Shown piece by piece: positions 27,930 through 41,984 of a stretch of DNA of 64,000 nucleotides (position 1 is the first letter of the stretch; every line of letters begins with the position of its first letter). Source of the stretch: Octopus vulgaris (Eukaryota). The stretch is taken from the NCBI GenBank assembly GCA_951406725.2, contig OX597814.1, forward strand, positions 180,296,001-180,360,000. Reading direction: 5' to 3'. The notes under the pieces were generated by a model that was not told where the DNA came from, made no database searches, and saw only the letters and a program-made list of their open reading frames with translations. Position numbers and translations under genes: made by a program.

Positions 27930-28401
27930 GGATCTTTTCGGTTTGAACGGCAGTTTTTTAAAATAATTTCCACGTAACTAAATACTTTTAAACTTCGTAT
28001 ACTGGTAGAATGTGTTTATAAAACATCTTTTTCTTTTGGCTTTATTGAGAAAATTCTATAGTTTGTAAGATATTTGTGTTTTTTTTTTCTTCAATTTCTG
28101 CAATTTCAACCAATCAATGACGTCTATTGAGGTGCAAACATTCTGTGCCGTATGAATATGTCCCTCGTTTAAGAAACAGATTGGGTTTATTTACATTTCT
28201 GAAGAAAAAAGATACCCTTCCCCCCAACCCTAACCCTAACTCTAAAACAGATTGAAATGCAATAGATCGATACTAGGGTCATAATTATGCGTGACAATTT
28301 CATATGACACCGCTAGGAAAACTGCCGTTCAAACCGAAGTTTAAAAGTGTTTAGTTACGTGGAAATTATTTTTAAAAACTGCCGTTCAAACCGAAAAGAT
28401 C
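27930..28401. mobile_element. Non-autonomous TIR DNA element whose right end is a mirrored copy of its left ~70 bp
   Basis: ggatcttttcggtttgaacggcagtttt ... aaaactgccgttcaaaccgaaaagatcc; an additional internal TIR copy at ~28318-28338. Confidence 0.75.
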
Positions 28402-28889
28402 CGCTATTTCTAACCAGCTGAGCGACCGTGTAGAGGTTCTTTCATTGGTTCATTATGTAGTGCTTTTGTTTCTTTTCCAAGTGAAAACAACATAAAATGT
28501 CTTTTTTTTTGCTCCAAACTGAACACTATTTATGGTCTTCGATAAAACCAGTGCGTGTATTTTCATCGAGGTAAATACATATCCCGTTATGACGTCACTT
28601 AGTAATTTTAACGCGAGATAATTTCACCTAGTGCCAATCCACCGTCTTCAGTAAACTTATCGTCATAGCAACATAACGATGAGTTTACTGAAAATTCGTC
28701 ATCATAATACATTTTATACGCAGTGTAAAAATACATGGCTTATCATTAAAGTTTTTTATTCGCAGAATAAATACGTCACATTTCATTAACAATAGAAAAG
28801 GGATTCAAAGAAAATGTTAATATTATTAATATTTGATTCACTCAGTATATATCTGTATGTCCATATCTATATCTCTATCAATATATATA

Positions 28890-29242
28890 GTGTATGTATG
28901 TATGTATGTATGTATGTATGTATGTATGTATGTATGTATGTATGTATGTATGTATGTATGTATGTATGTGTGTATGTATGTATGTATGTATGAATGTATG
29001 CATGTATGTATGTATGTATGTATGCATGCATGCATGCATGTATGTATGTATGTATGTATGTAGGTAGGTATGTATGTAGGTATGTATGTGTGTATGTAAA
29101 TATGTATGTATGAATGTATGCATGTATGTATGTATGTATGCATGCATGTATGTATGCATGTATGTATGCATGCATGTATGTATGCATGTATGTATGTATG
29201 TATATGTGTGTGCGTATGTATGTATGTATGTATGTATGTATG

Positions 29243-29280
<38 letters not shown>
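28890..29280. repeat. (TATG)n/(CATG)n tetranucleotide microsatellite
   Basis: Directly visible; similar tracts at 39624-39852, 49444-49505, 59708-60062, 60518-60682, 61231-61378. Confidence 0.95.
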
Positions 29281-29850
29281 TATGTGTGTACGTGTGGTAC
29301 ATAATGATATGTGTGTACGTGTGGTGTGCGCGTGTGTGTATGTCTCTGTGTGTGACTTTGTGTGTGCGAGAGTGAGTGTGTGTGTGCACGTGTGTGCAAA
29401 AATAAAAAAAATAAACTCGAAGTTCCTTTTTAAAATAGAACCTCAAAATAATACAATAAAGAGATAATACTATTTTAAATTGGAGACAGAGAGAAACATT
29501 CCAAAAAAGACAAATTATGAGCAAAACCTTTTAAATAATCCAGTATTTTGCAATTTTATTATTAACAATCTGTAGAATCCTCGCTGCTCTCTTTTTATAT
29601 TTGTTTCTGTTATGTAGATATTTTGCATCAGCTATCTTCCTTATTTTTATCTTTTATTATTCCTTTTTCAAGATTTCTAAGAATTTCCATATCCATAGGA
29701 TAGAATTTTTTAGCCCTCGAATTTCTTTTTATTTTCATTGTTAATAAAATGCGAGATTTACTCAGCAAGTAAAAAAAAAAAATAGAATAATGTAATATCT
29801 ATAACAAGGCATTTACTCTGCAGATAAAATGTATAACCATGCTTTTGGCT

Positions 29851-31252
29851 ATCAATACTGGTTTTATATTTTGGCATAACACCAGTAAGTCCGGGAGAGG
29901 AGTCAAGTCGATATAATTGACCCCCAAGGTTCAACTGATCCTTATTTTACAGACTCCGAAAGGATGAAAAGCTAAGTCGACCCCAGCGGAATTTGATCCA
30001 AGAACGTAAAGACAGACGAAATACCTATTTCTATTTCTTTACTACCCACAAGTGGCTAAACACAGAGAGGACAAACAAGGACAGACAAACGGATTAAGTC
30101 GATTACATCGATCCCCGTGCGTAACTGGTACTTATTTAATCGACCCCGAAAGGATGAAAGGCAAAGTCGACCTCGGCGGAATTTGAACTCACAACGTAGC
30201 GGCAGACGAAATACCTATTTTTTTACTACCTACAAGGGGCTAAACACAGAGAGGACAAACAAGGACAGACAAACGGATTAAGTCGATTATATCGACCCCA
30301 ATGCGTAACTGGTACTTAAATTATCGACCCCGAAAGGATGAAAGGCAAAGTCGACCTCGGTGGAATTTGAACTCAGAACGTAACGGCAGACGAAATACCG
30401 CCAAGCATTTTGTCTGGCTTGCAAATGACTCTGCCAGCTCGCCACCTTAAATGTACTTAATATTGATTTCAAACTATGGCACGAGGCCAGCAATTTTGGG
30501 TAGGGGGTAAGCCGATTACATCAATCCAAGTGTTCAACTGGTATTTATTTTATCGATCCCGAAAGGATGAAAGGTAAAGTCAACCTCGGCGGAAAATTTA
30601 CGTCATACTGCGAATCAGTTATGGCGGTGAGCTGGCAGAAACGTTAGCACGCCGGGCAATATGCATAGCCGTATTTCATTTGCCGTTACGTTCTGAGTTC
30701 AAATTCCGCCGAGGTCGACTTTGCCTTTCATCCTTTCGGGTTCGATAAATTAAGTACCAGTTACGCACTGGGGTCGATATAATCGACTTAATCCGTTTGT
30801 CTGTCCTTATTTATTCTCTCTGTGTATAGCCCCTTGTGGGTAGTAAAGAAATAAGTATTTTTGTTTGTCTTTGCGTTCTGAGTTCAAATTCCGCCGAGGT
30901 TGACTTTTCCTTTCATCCTTTCGGTGTTCTTAAAATAAGTACCAGTTGAGTACTGGTGTCGATTACATAGACTGATCCCCTCATTCGAGCATGCTGGCAT
31001 TGTACCAAAATTTGATATTAAGTTCATTAAATGTAAAGGCAGTGATCTGACAGAATTGTTAGCACGCCGGACAAAATGCTTAGTAGCATTTCGTCTGTCT
31101 TTATGTTCTGGGTTCAAATTCCACCAAGGTCGACTTCGTTTTTTATCCTTTCGGGGTTGATAAAATAAGTACCAGTTGAGCACTGAGGTCGATGTAATTG
31201 ACTTACCGCCTCCCCGAAATTGCTGGTTTTGTGCCAAAATTTAGAACCAATA
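29851..31252. mobile_element. Cluster of nested/tandem SINE family A copies: minus-strand group 29851-30595, plus-strand group 30623-31252
   Basis: Repeated family A bodies in both orientations. Confidence 0.85.
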
Positions 31253-31559
31253 TATTCTCTTTCTATTAATATCAATTTAAGCTGTCTATCAACCTAGTTA
31301 CTTCAGAAGATCCCACTTTAAGTCTTATGACTGTTTTAAGGCTTATGACATTGATTTTTAAAAAAATCTAGAATCTTTTTCGCTGGTCCATTGCTTTTAT
31401 GGTGCTTCAAATTTTAGCTTATATAAATAACTTAACATTCGGTATATACATATTTTCACCTCTGATGAAGTCGAAACCAGCTAAAAGGGTTAGCGTATGA
31501 TCAATGATTATTATCGTGAAAAAATGTATATACACAGATACATACATAGATACATATAC

Positions 31560-31664
<105 letters not shown>

Positions 31665-31668
31665 TTTG

Positions 31669-31715
<47 letters not shown>

Positions 31716-32158
31716 GTATGTATAAACGTACTTACTCTTTGGCATGGAGAACTTAAAATTCCGGATTGTATTTTCCGTTTTTTTTTTGTAGTGTTATTGA
31801 CATTTTTTTTTGTCAACAGTTATTTTATTAATTATCAAAAAGCATTTGCTGTCCTGAGTACTAGACTTGTGCCATAGAGTTAAGGGTAATTCCCACCAGT
31901 CTGCAAACCTGCTTTGAATTTTTTTTTTTCTTTTCACCTTAATCTAATGCATTTCATTTCCACCATTGATGTTCTTGAGAAAGGCATAATTACAAACAAT
32001 ATCCATTTACTTACACCGACATCGATAAAATCCAAAATCGTAGATAGTCACAGGATATACCACTTGAAAAACAGACAATCAGATACAGAAAGATTGTTCC
32101 AACTTGATGCATTTGATGAAAGTTATCTTTCATCTAGCAGATTGATTTGCAGCTGACT

Positions 32159-32210
<52 letters not shown>

Positions 32211-32246
32211 GCTACTACTACTACTACTACCACTACTACTACTACA

Positions 32247-32283
<37 letters not shown>

Positions 32284-32344
32284 GTAATATTAATAATAAT
32301 CAAGATCCAATCACGAATTTATTTATTTATTAATTTTTTAAATA

Positions 32345-33042
<698 letters not shown>

Positions 33043-33048
33043 ATATCA

Positions 33049-33114
<66 letters not shown>

Positions 33115-33519
33115 CCCCTCTCTTTCCCCTCTCTTTCTCTCTCTACGATTATCTATTTATGTATCTGTCTGTCCATCTTTCTATCGTCAAAGGCCAGCAA
33201 AATAGTAGATTTGTTAGCACGCCAGGCAAAATGCTCAGCGGCATGTCGTCCCTCTTTACGTCTTGAGCTCAAACTTTGCCGAGGGCGATTTTACCGTTCG
33301 TACTAGTTGATGTAGTCTACTTAGCCCCTACCTCGAAATTGCTGGCCTTTTGCCAACATTTGAAACGTATATTCCTATCGTCTATCTATATGTCTCTTTT
33401 ATCTGTTACTAATGTATTTCTCTGCTTTTTAGCACTATACGTCTATGTTGCTTTCTACAGAATATCCACGTTAAGTAGAATATACAGAATTCTACGTTAC
33501 AGTGTGATTATGATTAACA

Positions 33520-33928
33520 TATGACAATATATTCAAAGTAATCAATGTAAGCAATATCAACTTGTAGCAGTGTAATCAAATAACAAGTTAACAATTTAAT
33601 AGAAGTTTATCAGAATTTGATCAACAGGATATAATCAATATTAAAATATCCAACTGTAATAAATATTATAAAATCAGAATGCAATCAATATCAACAGTTT
33701 ACCACCTACTTATCAATCAACAGAGTAACACGTAATTGATATCAACAAACACATTTAACAATTAATATTAACTAACAACAACATAATTAATATTAATCAG
33801 TCACAATACTATCAGCATTAACCAACCGCAGTATCATACATTATTCAGTTACGATATAATCATTATCAGTCAATCACAATATAATCAGTATTCACCAGTT
33901 ACATATAATCAATATCAACCAGCTAAAC
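33520..33928. repeat. Degenerate ~23-bp minisatellite (ataatcaatatcaaccagtcaca-like)
   Basis: Recurrent aatcaatatcaac motif; further units at ~35575-35660 and ~36395-36480. Confidence 0.7.
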
Positions 33929-33930
33929 TA

Positions 33931-34476
33931 TTGGGTTGTCCGGAAAATTCGTGCCGATTTATAGTAGTTTGCCTTTAGGCTTATTTTAGAACATGGTTCA
34001 GTCCATAAAATAGGATTTGACTACACCTCGATTTAGATCAGTTTAAGCTATCTTTTCGTGAAAGAAGGTTTATGTTCCTATAACCCGTGTTAATTCTGTA
34101 ACTCTTTAAAATGGAAAATAAGAAAGTTCATTTGGGAACCAGACAAAAATTGCTGCAGCTCGGCTGGGATGTGTTACCCCCACCCTTCATATTCACCAGA
34201 TATTGCTCCTTCGGATTTCCACTTATTCAGATCTCTGAAGAATAGTCTTAATGGTAAAAATTTCAATTCCTTGGATGACGTGAAAATACCTTGATGAATT
34301 CTTTGCCATGAAACCACCTCAATTCTAGGAAGAAGGTATTTTCAAGTTAAAGGAAAGATGGAGACGCATTGTGCAACAAAATGGTTCATATTTGGTTGAT
34401 TAAAAATGTAATGGCAAGTATTTATTGTCCTTTTCCTTTCCTTTAAAAATCGGTACGAACTTTCCGGACAACGCAA
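33931..34476 (+). mobile_element. Internally deleted (non-autonomous) mariner, ~550 bp
   Basis: TIRs ttgggttgtccggaaaattcgtgccgattt / aaatcggtacgaactttccggacaacgcaa flanked by TA; MENKKVH fused directly to 'LGTRQKLLQLGWDVL..YSPDIAPSDFHLF'. Confidence 0.88.
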
Positions 34477-34784
34477 TATAATACAATCAGTATATATATT
34501 ATTGGCGGGGGAGATGAGTCGCAGCTATCACCAGCGGTCGAGCGTTCATCATTGACAAAACCAAGAAAGGTCGAAATCATGTGATCGTGTGGTCTCGGTA
34601 CTGGAGATGGTGAGTATTTATCTCTCCGCTCGCGATATAAACAAGAGTGCATTTTGCACCAAAAGACAACATGAGTTTTGTCATAGTAGCCACCGCAGTA
34701 TAGTTTTTTCTAATAGAACATTCACAGTTAAGTACGGATAAATATTAAGCTCTCGGCATTAATACAGCCCCTCTCGGTAATATA

Positions 34785-35280
34785 TATATATATATATAAT
34801 ACAAAAATGGGACAATAACGCAAAATATCTAGACAGTTAAGTGAAACAAAAAAGGGAAAACAAAATATCCAGACAGACGATACAAGGAAAACAAGGACGG
34901 ATCATTCGGAGTTTTCTATCCTCAGTCGAGTTCCAGATTATCTTTGCAATTTCGGCTGGTTATACTCGAGGCTGCTCCAATCTGGCCAGCCCCAAGGAAA
35001 AATAAGCTAAGAGCATTACATTCCTTGAAAGAAAGCAGCGAATGTATATGAAAACAAGGACGAAAAAAAAAACAAATGTTACACAAATAAAAAAAAATAA
35101 CAGGACATGCCAACAGATGTCTTTCGACTAAGGACGAATTAAATTAAGCTGGCGTGTGTGGAAGTAAAGCCTTACGGCAGGAACATAAGATTTAACAAGC
35201 ACAGGAAGGAATATAGATGTTGCACGGACAGTAGTCCAACCAAGAAAGAAAGGTCAGGCCTAGCCGAGCACCGGTCACAT
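34785..35280. repeat. Interspersed repeat inserted in (TA)n, probably Penelope-like pLTR
   Basis: Related diverged copy at 61105-61230; minus-strand CTGAGGA..CGAA motif. Confidence 0.45.
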
Positions 35281-35664
35281 ATATTAATTAATTAGCTCAT
35301 TGGCTAATCGCAACACCAGCGCCTTTTCTGGCATTGCCCCTGTCGCTAATAAATAATCAGTAATATATGATAAGCAGTGGGTTGGCAGAATCATTAGAGC
35401 GTCTGATAAAATATCTTGCTGTTTTTGTTACGCTCCTTTATATTCTGAGTTCAAAATCAACCATAGTCAGCGATACTTTTAGTCCTTGTGAGGTCAATAA
35501 AATAAAGTGCCAGTGAAGTACTGGAGTCGATAATAATCGACTTTTCCTTTCTTCCAAATATGAGGTCTTATCGCGATATAATCGATATCAGTCAACCACC
35601 ATATAATCAATATCCACCAGCCACATACAATCAATATCGATCAACTACAATATAATCAGTTATA

Positions 35665-36070
35665 ATTCTTTCTACTGTAGGTACAAGGCCTGGAATTTTG
35701 TGGGAGGTGGGCTGTTCGTTTTCATCAATCCCAGTATCTTACTTATTTCTTTATTGCCCACAAGGGGCTAAACATAGAGGGGACAAACAAGGACAGACAA
35801 AGGAATTAAGTCGATTACATCGACCCCAGTGCGTAACTGGTACTTAATTTATCGACTCCGAAAGGATGAAAAGGCAAAGTCGACCTCGTCGGAATTTGAA
35901 CTCAGAACGTAGCGGCAGACGAAATACCACTAAGCATTTCGCCCGGCGTGATTTTACTGGTATTTATTTTATCGTCCTCGAAAGGATGAAAACCGAAGTT
36001 TACCTCAGTAGAATTTGAACTCAGAACATAAAGAGACAGAAAAAAACACCGTAAAGCATTTTGTCCGATG
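35665..36070 (-). mobile_element. SINE family A monomer nested in an older family A variant
   Basis: Young copy ~35738-35951 inside a diverged copy. Confidence 0.75.
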
Positions 36071-36920
36071 GATTGGCAGATACAATGCCTTGCCGATTAC
36101 GTTCCAACTCTTTGTACTGTAAGTTCAAATTCAGCCCCGGTCAAATATACTTCCATAGTAGGAGCAATATCTGGTGAATATGATGGGTGGGGTAACGAAT
36201 CCCAGCCGAGCTTCAGTAATTTTTGTCTTGTTCCCAAAGTATCAAGCGCCGAAAATGAACTTTCTTATCTTCCATTTTAAAGGGTTACAGAATTAACACA
36301 GGTTATAGGAACATAAACCTTCTTCCACGAAAAGGGTCGATATAATCGACTATTATTTTTCACCCAAATTTGAGAGCTTATACCTGAATAAGAAATCAAT
36401 ACAATCTGTGACAACCAGTCACTATATAATCAATATCAATAGATGATAATGTAATCAACAGATCTCAATGTAAACAACATTAAAAGTTCACATTTCCTTT
36501 CCTGTCATTAGTTATTGATGTTGCTGTATAGACCAAGGACAGTCTGACTTAGGAGACCTATGATCAAAGGCATCCTAGCTGTGACTATCCTATTCTCTTT
36601 TATTCAAACACAGTGTAATCTGGATTACACAATCTATGTGTAATACGGCCTTATCTGATGACTGCAGTTGTTTTCGCTCTTTAGCCCTTGGTCATACCTG
36701 TGCGCGGTAATTACAATAGGTAGATGGGCAATAGCAATCATTTTATTAAAGTACAACCCAGAATCGCACCAATGCAATCAATAGACCTTCTAGAAATAGC
36801 AACTAAATATTTCATTAAAATCATACCTTATTCTATGTAGGAAAAAGAAAATACACCATAGTCATTGCTGAAAAGAATTTGATCCTAGATCAGCTTCATA
36901 CAGCTATCCAGAGAGTTAAC

Positions 36921-37486
36921 GATGATGTTTCTAATTTGCAAGTAGCCTTTCCAATAAATGCAAATGCAGCCTAACTCAATAGCGGTCACTTATTCACAGT
37001 ATTGACGATGTACACTGTATGTCACAGTATCCCAACCTTTTTTTACCTTTGGACCACATCAGCAAAGTCGAAAGAGGAATCCTACGATTGAGCTACCCAG
37101 GATTTTCTTACATCTAGCCCAGGCCTGCAGCACAAAACTGGAGAGGAAACCGGAGAGGACATGAAAGGTAAAAACTAGACTGGATTAGATTATGTGCAGC
37201 TCCATTGTCTACCGAGACAAAAGGATGCCAAGTTTTCTTACACAGATGTTGTTATCCAGAGACAAAGTCTTGTTAAATAAAAAAAAAAATAAACTGTCAT
37301 ATTAGATTTTTTAATAGGAGTGTCGTGGATTTCTTAAAGGCTTGGCAAGGGAGCATCGAAGCAGAGAAGAGTTTGGAATACTGCGACATACAGTGTGCAT
37401 CATCAATACTGTGAATAAGTGACCGCTATTGAGTTAGGCTGCATTTGCGTTTATTGGAAAGGCTACTTGCAAATTAGAAACGTCAT
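36921..37486. repeat. ~115-bp inverted repeat enclosing a hAT-like core
   Basis: 36921-37037 is the reverse complement of 37371-37486 (about 90% identical by eye); inner ends cagtatcccaacc / gtttggaatactg resemble hAT-Charlie TIRs. Confidence 0.8.
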
Positions 37487-38999
37487 ATTCAGGAGAGATA
37501 TGTAACGATCGACCCAATGGATATTTGTTATTCAGAAAACATAAGCTTGCATTCAACATCATCATCGTCATTTTCCGATTAGATAAACTTGAGGTTTGCC
37601 TGAACCAACGAAAGAGCTTCGATATGGTTGCTCGGTCCGGTAGAAATAGCAACCAAATCACCATCAAACTGCAAACACCCTACCTACCTAAAAATGTAGA
37701 ACGACATGTTGGATAGTGTGTAATCACTAGTTTATAAGAAGTTGGAATGGTCATGGATGGAATGCCGTTGATCGTAGGTCTGCTGAATCAAGGCTGACCG
37801 CAAATTAAACAACAGCAAAACAGCAACTCATTGAAAAAATATATTCCGTGAGTTTTTAATAAACCTTATACAGGCTTGCCTCTATGGTTAAGAAGCTCAC
37901 TTTACAACCATACGGTTTCGGGTTCAGTCCGAACGTACGGTACCTTGAGCAAATGTCTTCTAAGACTACAGCTCCAGATAAACCAAAGTCTTGTGAGCGA
38001 ATTTGGTAGACGGAAATTGTATGGAAAGTGTATGTTGTGTGTATTTGTGTTTGTGCTTGTTCTTCGCACCACCTGACAACCGGTGTTGCTCTGTTTACAT
38101 CCTCGGAAACTAGCGGTTCTATAATAAAATGAATACCAGATTAAAAACAGAAAAAAAAACCCCCTAAGTGCTGTGGTCGATCTGTTCGACTAAAACTAGT
38201 TAAGGCAGTGTTCCAGCACAGTCGCAGTTCAATGACTGAAGCAAGTAAAAGGAAAAAAAAAAAAATAATAATAATAAATAATAGAAAAATATCGATATGA
38301 CTCAGTAAATATAGCATTTGATTTCAGACCGCAATCAGTAGGCTTGTGATCGTCTATCGAATCATGTGGTGTTTGTTGTCTGTGTATTCATTAATCATTT
38401 ATACAGTGTTGGTGAAATCGTTCGTATAGATTAAGCTACTGTCTCTTGTTGATCGGTGCTCTTCTAAATCAATGAATAATTTGTTTTCTTTACTTTTTGA
38501 AACGCTTATTAAAAAGAGGATTTAAAAAAAAAATACTATTGTTTTTTTTTTAATATTACCTTTTGTATTTCTATTGATCTCAAACCCCGTCAACATATTT
38601 TAGTTATATTAACAACAAAGAGTCCCTGACGTTCAGCTGCAAATTTTGTCCTTTGTCACGGACCTTCAGCCATATTTTATTAAATTTCAGTTTCATTTGT
38701 TTACACTTTCTTTAATCTAATAGATTTTATTGTAGATTTACTGTGTTTTTTTTTTTATTTCTCAGGCGGGAAGTATGATGCTATGGTGTCTAAATATTCG
38801 ACTATCTGTAATAGTATACATGCATAAAACAAAATATACAGATCTGCACATAAACTGATTCCCAATATTGCTCATATACACACAAACATGCACAAAATAC
38901 CCTGTTGATATTAAAATTCTAATGAAAATCCTTGGATCTATGAAACCGACACTTTCTCCACTGGCAAGAAATCTAGAAACAGAGCTAAATAATAATATA

Positions 39000-39617
<618 letters not shown>

Positions 39618-39938
39618 AGCGTATGCATACATACATACATACATACATACATACATACATACATACATACATACATACATACATACATACATACATACAT
39701 ACATACATACATACATGCATGCATGCATACATACATACATACATGTATACATACATGTATACATACATACATACATACATACATACATGCATACATACAT
39801 ACATACATACATACATACATACATACATACATACATACATACATACATACATAGTAACGAAAGATTGGATTTGGTAAAATCTTGAAATATTCCTTTTACA
39901 GCATTTTATATGAATTCCTATCTATACGTTGTGACCGT

Positions 39939-40282
39939 GAAGGCGCATGGCTCAGTAGTTAGAGCGTTGGGCTCACGATCATGAAGTTGTGAGTTCGATT
40001 CCCGGACTGGTTGTGCATTGTGTTCTTGAACAAGACACTTTATTTCACGTTGCTCCTGTTCACTCATTTGCAGAAATGAGTTGCGACGTCACTGGTGCCA
40101 GTCTGTATTGATCTTTGCCTTTCCCTTGGATAAAATAGGTAGCGTAGGGAAGGGAGGCTGGTATGCATGGGCAACTGCATGTCTTCCATAAACAACTTTG
40201 CCCGGACCTGTGCCTTGGAGGGTAACTCTCTAGGTGCAATCCCATGGTCATTCATGACCGAAGGGGCTCTATACCCTTTTTT
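39939..40282 (+). mobile_element. SINE family C full-length copy
   Basis: A box tggctcagtagttag, B box gagttcgattcc; TSD acgttgtgac. Confidence 0.85.
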
Positions 40283-40696
40283 ACACGTTGTGACTGGTAT
40301 ATAATGTAGTCTACTGGTGCAGGTATCTGTCACTGAAAGAATTACTCTGTAAGTATATTTGTTGAGTAACATATAAGCCAAAGATGAAGATATCAGTACG
40401 TATATTATAATTTTGATATTGGTTACAATTGTTTGAGAGCCATAAATTGGCTTGAAACGAAATGGTAACGAAGCAATTTTAATCACTATTAAACTTATAT
40501 TATGCTTCATCTTCAGCTTTATCATATATAGGCATAAATGTGTGTTTACAAAGAGCGAAAGAGAGAGAGAGAGAAAGAAAGAGAGAGGGGAGAGAGAGAG
40601 AGAGAGAGAGACAAACATCTCTTCAAACTTACCGTCCTGCTTTTTATTTTCTACAGAAAGATAAAAGATATCAGGACAGAGCTGTTGAACCAATTT

Positions 40697-41282
40697 TCTT
40701 ATTTCTTTATTGCCCACAAGGGGCTAAACATAGAGGGAACAAACAAGGACAGACAAAGGGATTAAGTCGATTACATCGACCCCAGTGCGTAACTGGTACT
40801 TAATTTATCGACCCCGAAAGGATGAAAGGCAAAGTTGATCTCGGCGGAATTTGAACTCAGAACGCAAAGACAAACAAAATACCTATTTCTTTACTACCCA
40901 CAAGGGGCTAAACACAGAGAGGACAAACAAGGACAACATACGGATTAAGTCGATTATATTGACCCCAGTGCGTAACTGGTACTTATTTAATCGTCCCCGA
41001 AAGGATGAAAGGCAAAGTCAACCTCGGCGGAATTTGAACTCAGAACGTAGCGGCAGACGAAATACCTGTTTCTTTACTACCCACAAGGGACTAAATACAG
41101 AGAGGACAAACAAGGACAGACAAACGGATTAAGTCGATTACATCGATCCCAGTGCGTAACTGGTACTTAATTTATCGACCCCGAAAGGATGAAAGGCAAA
41201 GTCGACCTCGGCGGAATTTGAACTCAGAACGTAACGGCAGACAAAATACAGCGTGCTAACGTTTCTGCCAGCTCGCTGCCTT
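40697..41282 (-). mobile_element. SINE family A trimer
   Basis: Three ~184-bp units plus a single head. Confidence 0.85.
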
Positions 41283-41563
41283 AATCTTAATATGATATTG
41301 GCAGATTCATTAGAGCGTCTGATACAATACCTTGCTGATTTCCTTCCAACTCTTTATACTGTGAGTTCAAATTCCACCCCGGTGAAATATGCTTTCATTC
41401 TTCTAAGATCGATCAAATGAAGTGATAGTCATGTACTAGGGTCAATACTTTCGACTATTATTTTTCCCAAATTTAAGGACTTGTACCTGAATAAGAAATC
41501 AATACGATCTGTAATAACCAGCCACTATATAATGAGTGTGAGCTCGATTACCTATTTAACTAC

Positions 41564-41790
41564 GGCGGCGAGCTGGCAGAACCGTTAGCACGCCGGGCGA
41601 AATGCGTAACTGTATTTCGTCAGCCGTTGCGTTCTGAGTTCAAATTCCGAGGTAAACTTTGCCTTTCATCCTTTCGTGGTCGATAAATTAAGTACCAGTT
41701 ACGCACTGGGGTCGATGTAATCGACTTAATACCTATGTCTGTCCTTGTTTGTCCCCTCTATGTTTAGCCCTTTGTGGGTAGTAAAGAAAC
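41564..41790 (+). mobile_element. SINE family A monomer with 18-bp TSD
   Basis: TSD gattacctatttaactac at 41546-41563 and 41792-41809. Confidence 0.9.
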
Positions 41791-41984
41791 GGATTACCTA
41801 TTTAACTACTGAAGATTGGGTTGTCGCGAGAAATCGAGAAAGACCGAGGTTGAATTTGTTGACGACAGTGGCGCAAGAAACAGAAAAAATAAGGAATCAG
41901 AATGGCAATGTGCATCATGCTATTGATGTCATCGAGCAAATTTTCAGCATTTCAGCGTCGGCTTTAGATATAAGATGAAAGCTG

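Noticed and set aside
28227-28243. aaccctaaccctaac telomere-like repeat (also degenerate TTAGGG-like at ~15940-15980)
   Set aside because: Only 2-3 units, internal to an interspersed element
34520-34615. Possible exon ending at gatg|GTGAGT
   Set aside because: No polypyrimidine acceptor or recognisable peptide
39939-40010. tRNA-like sequences (also 27339, 59009, 62929)
   Set aside because: SINE heads with degenerate cloverleaf continuing into SINE bodies; not functional tRNA genes
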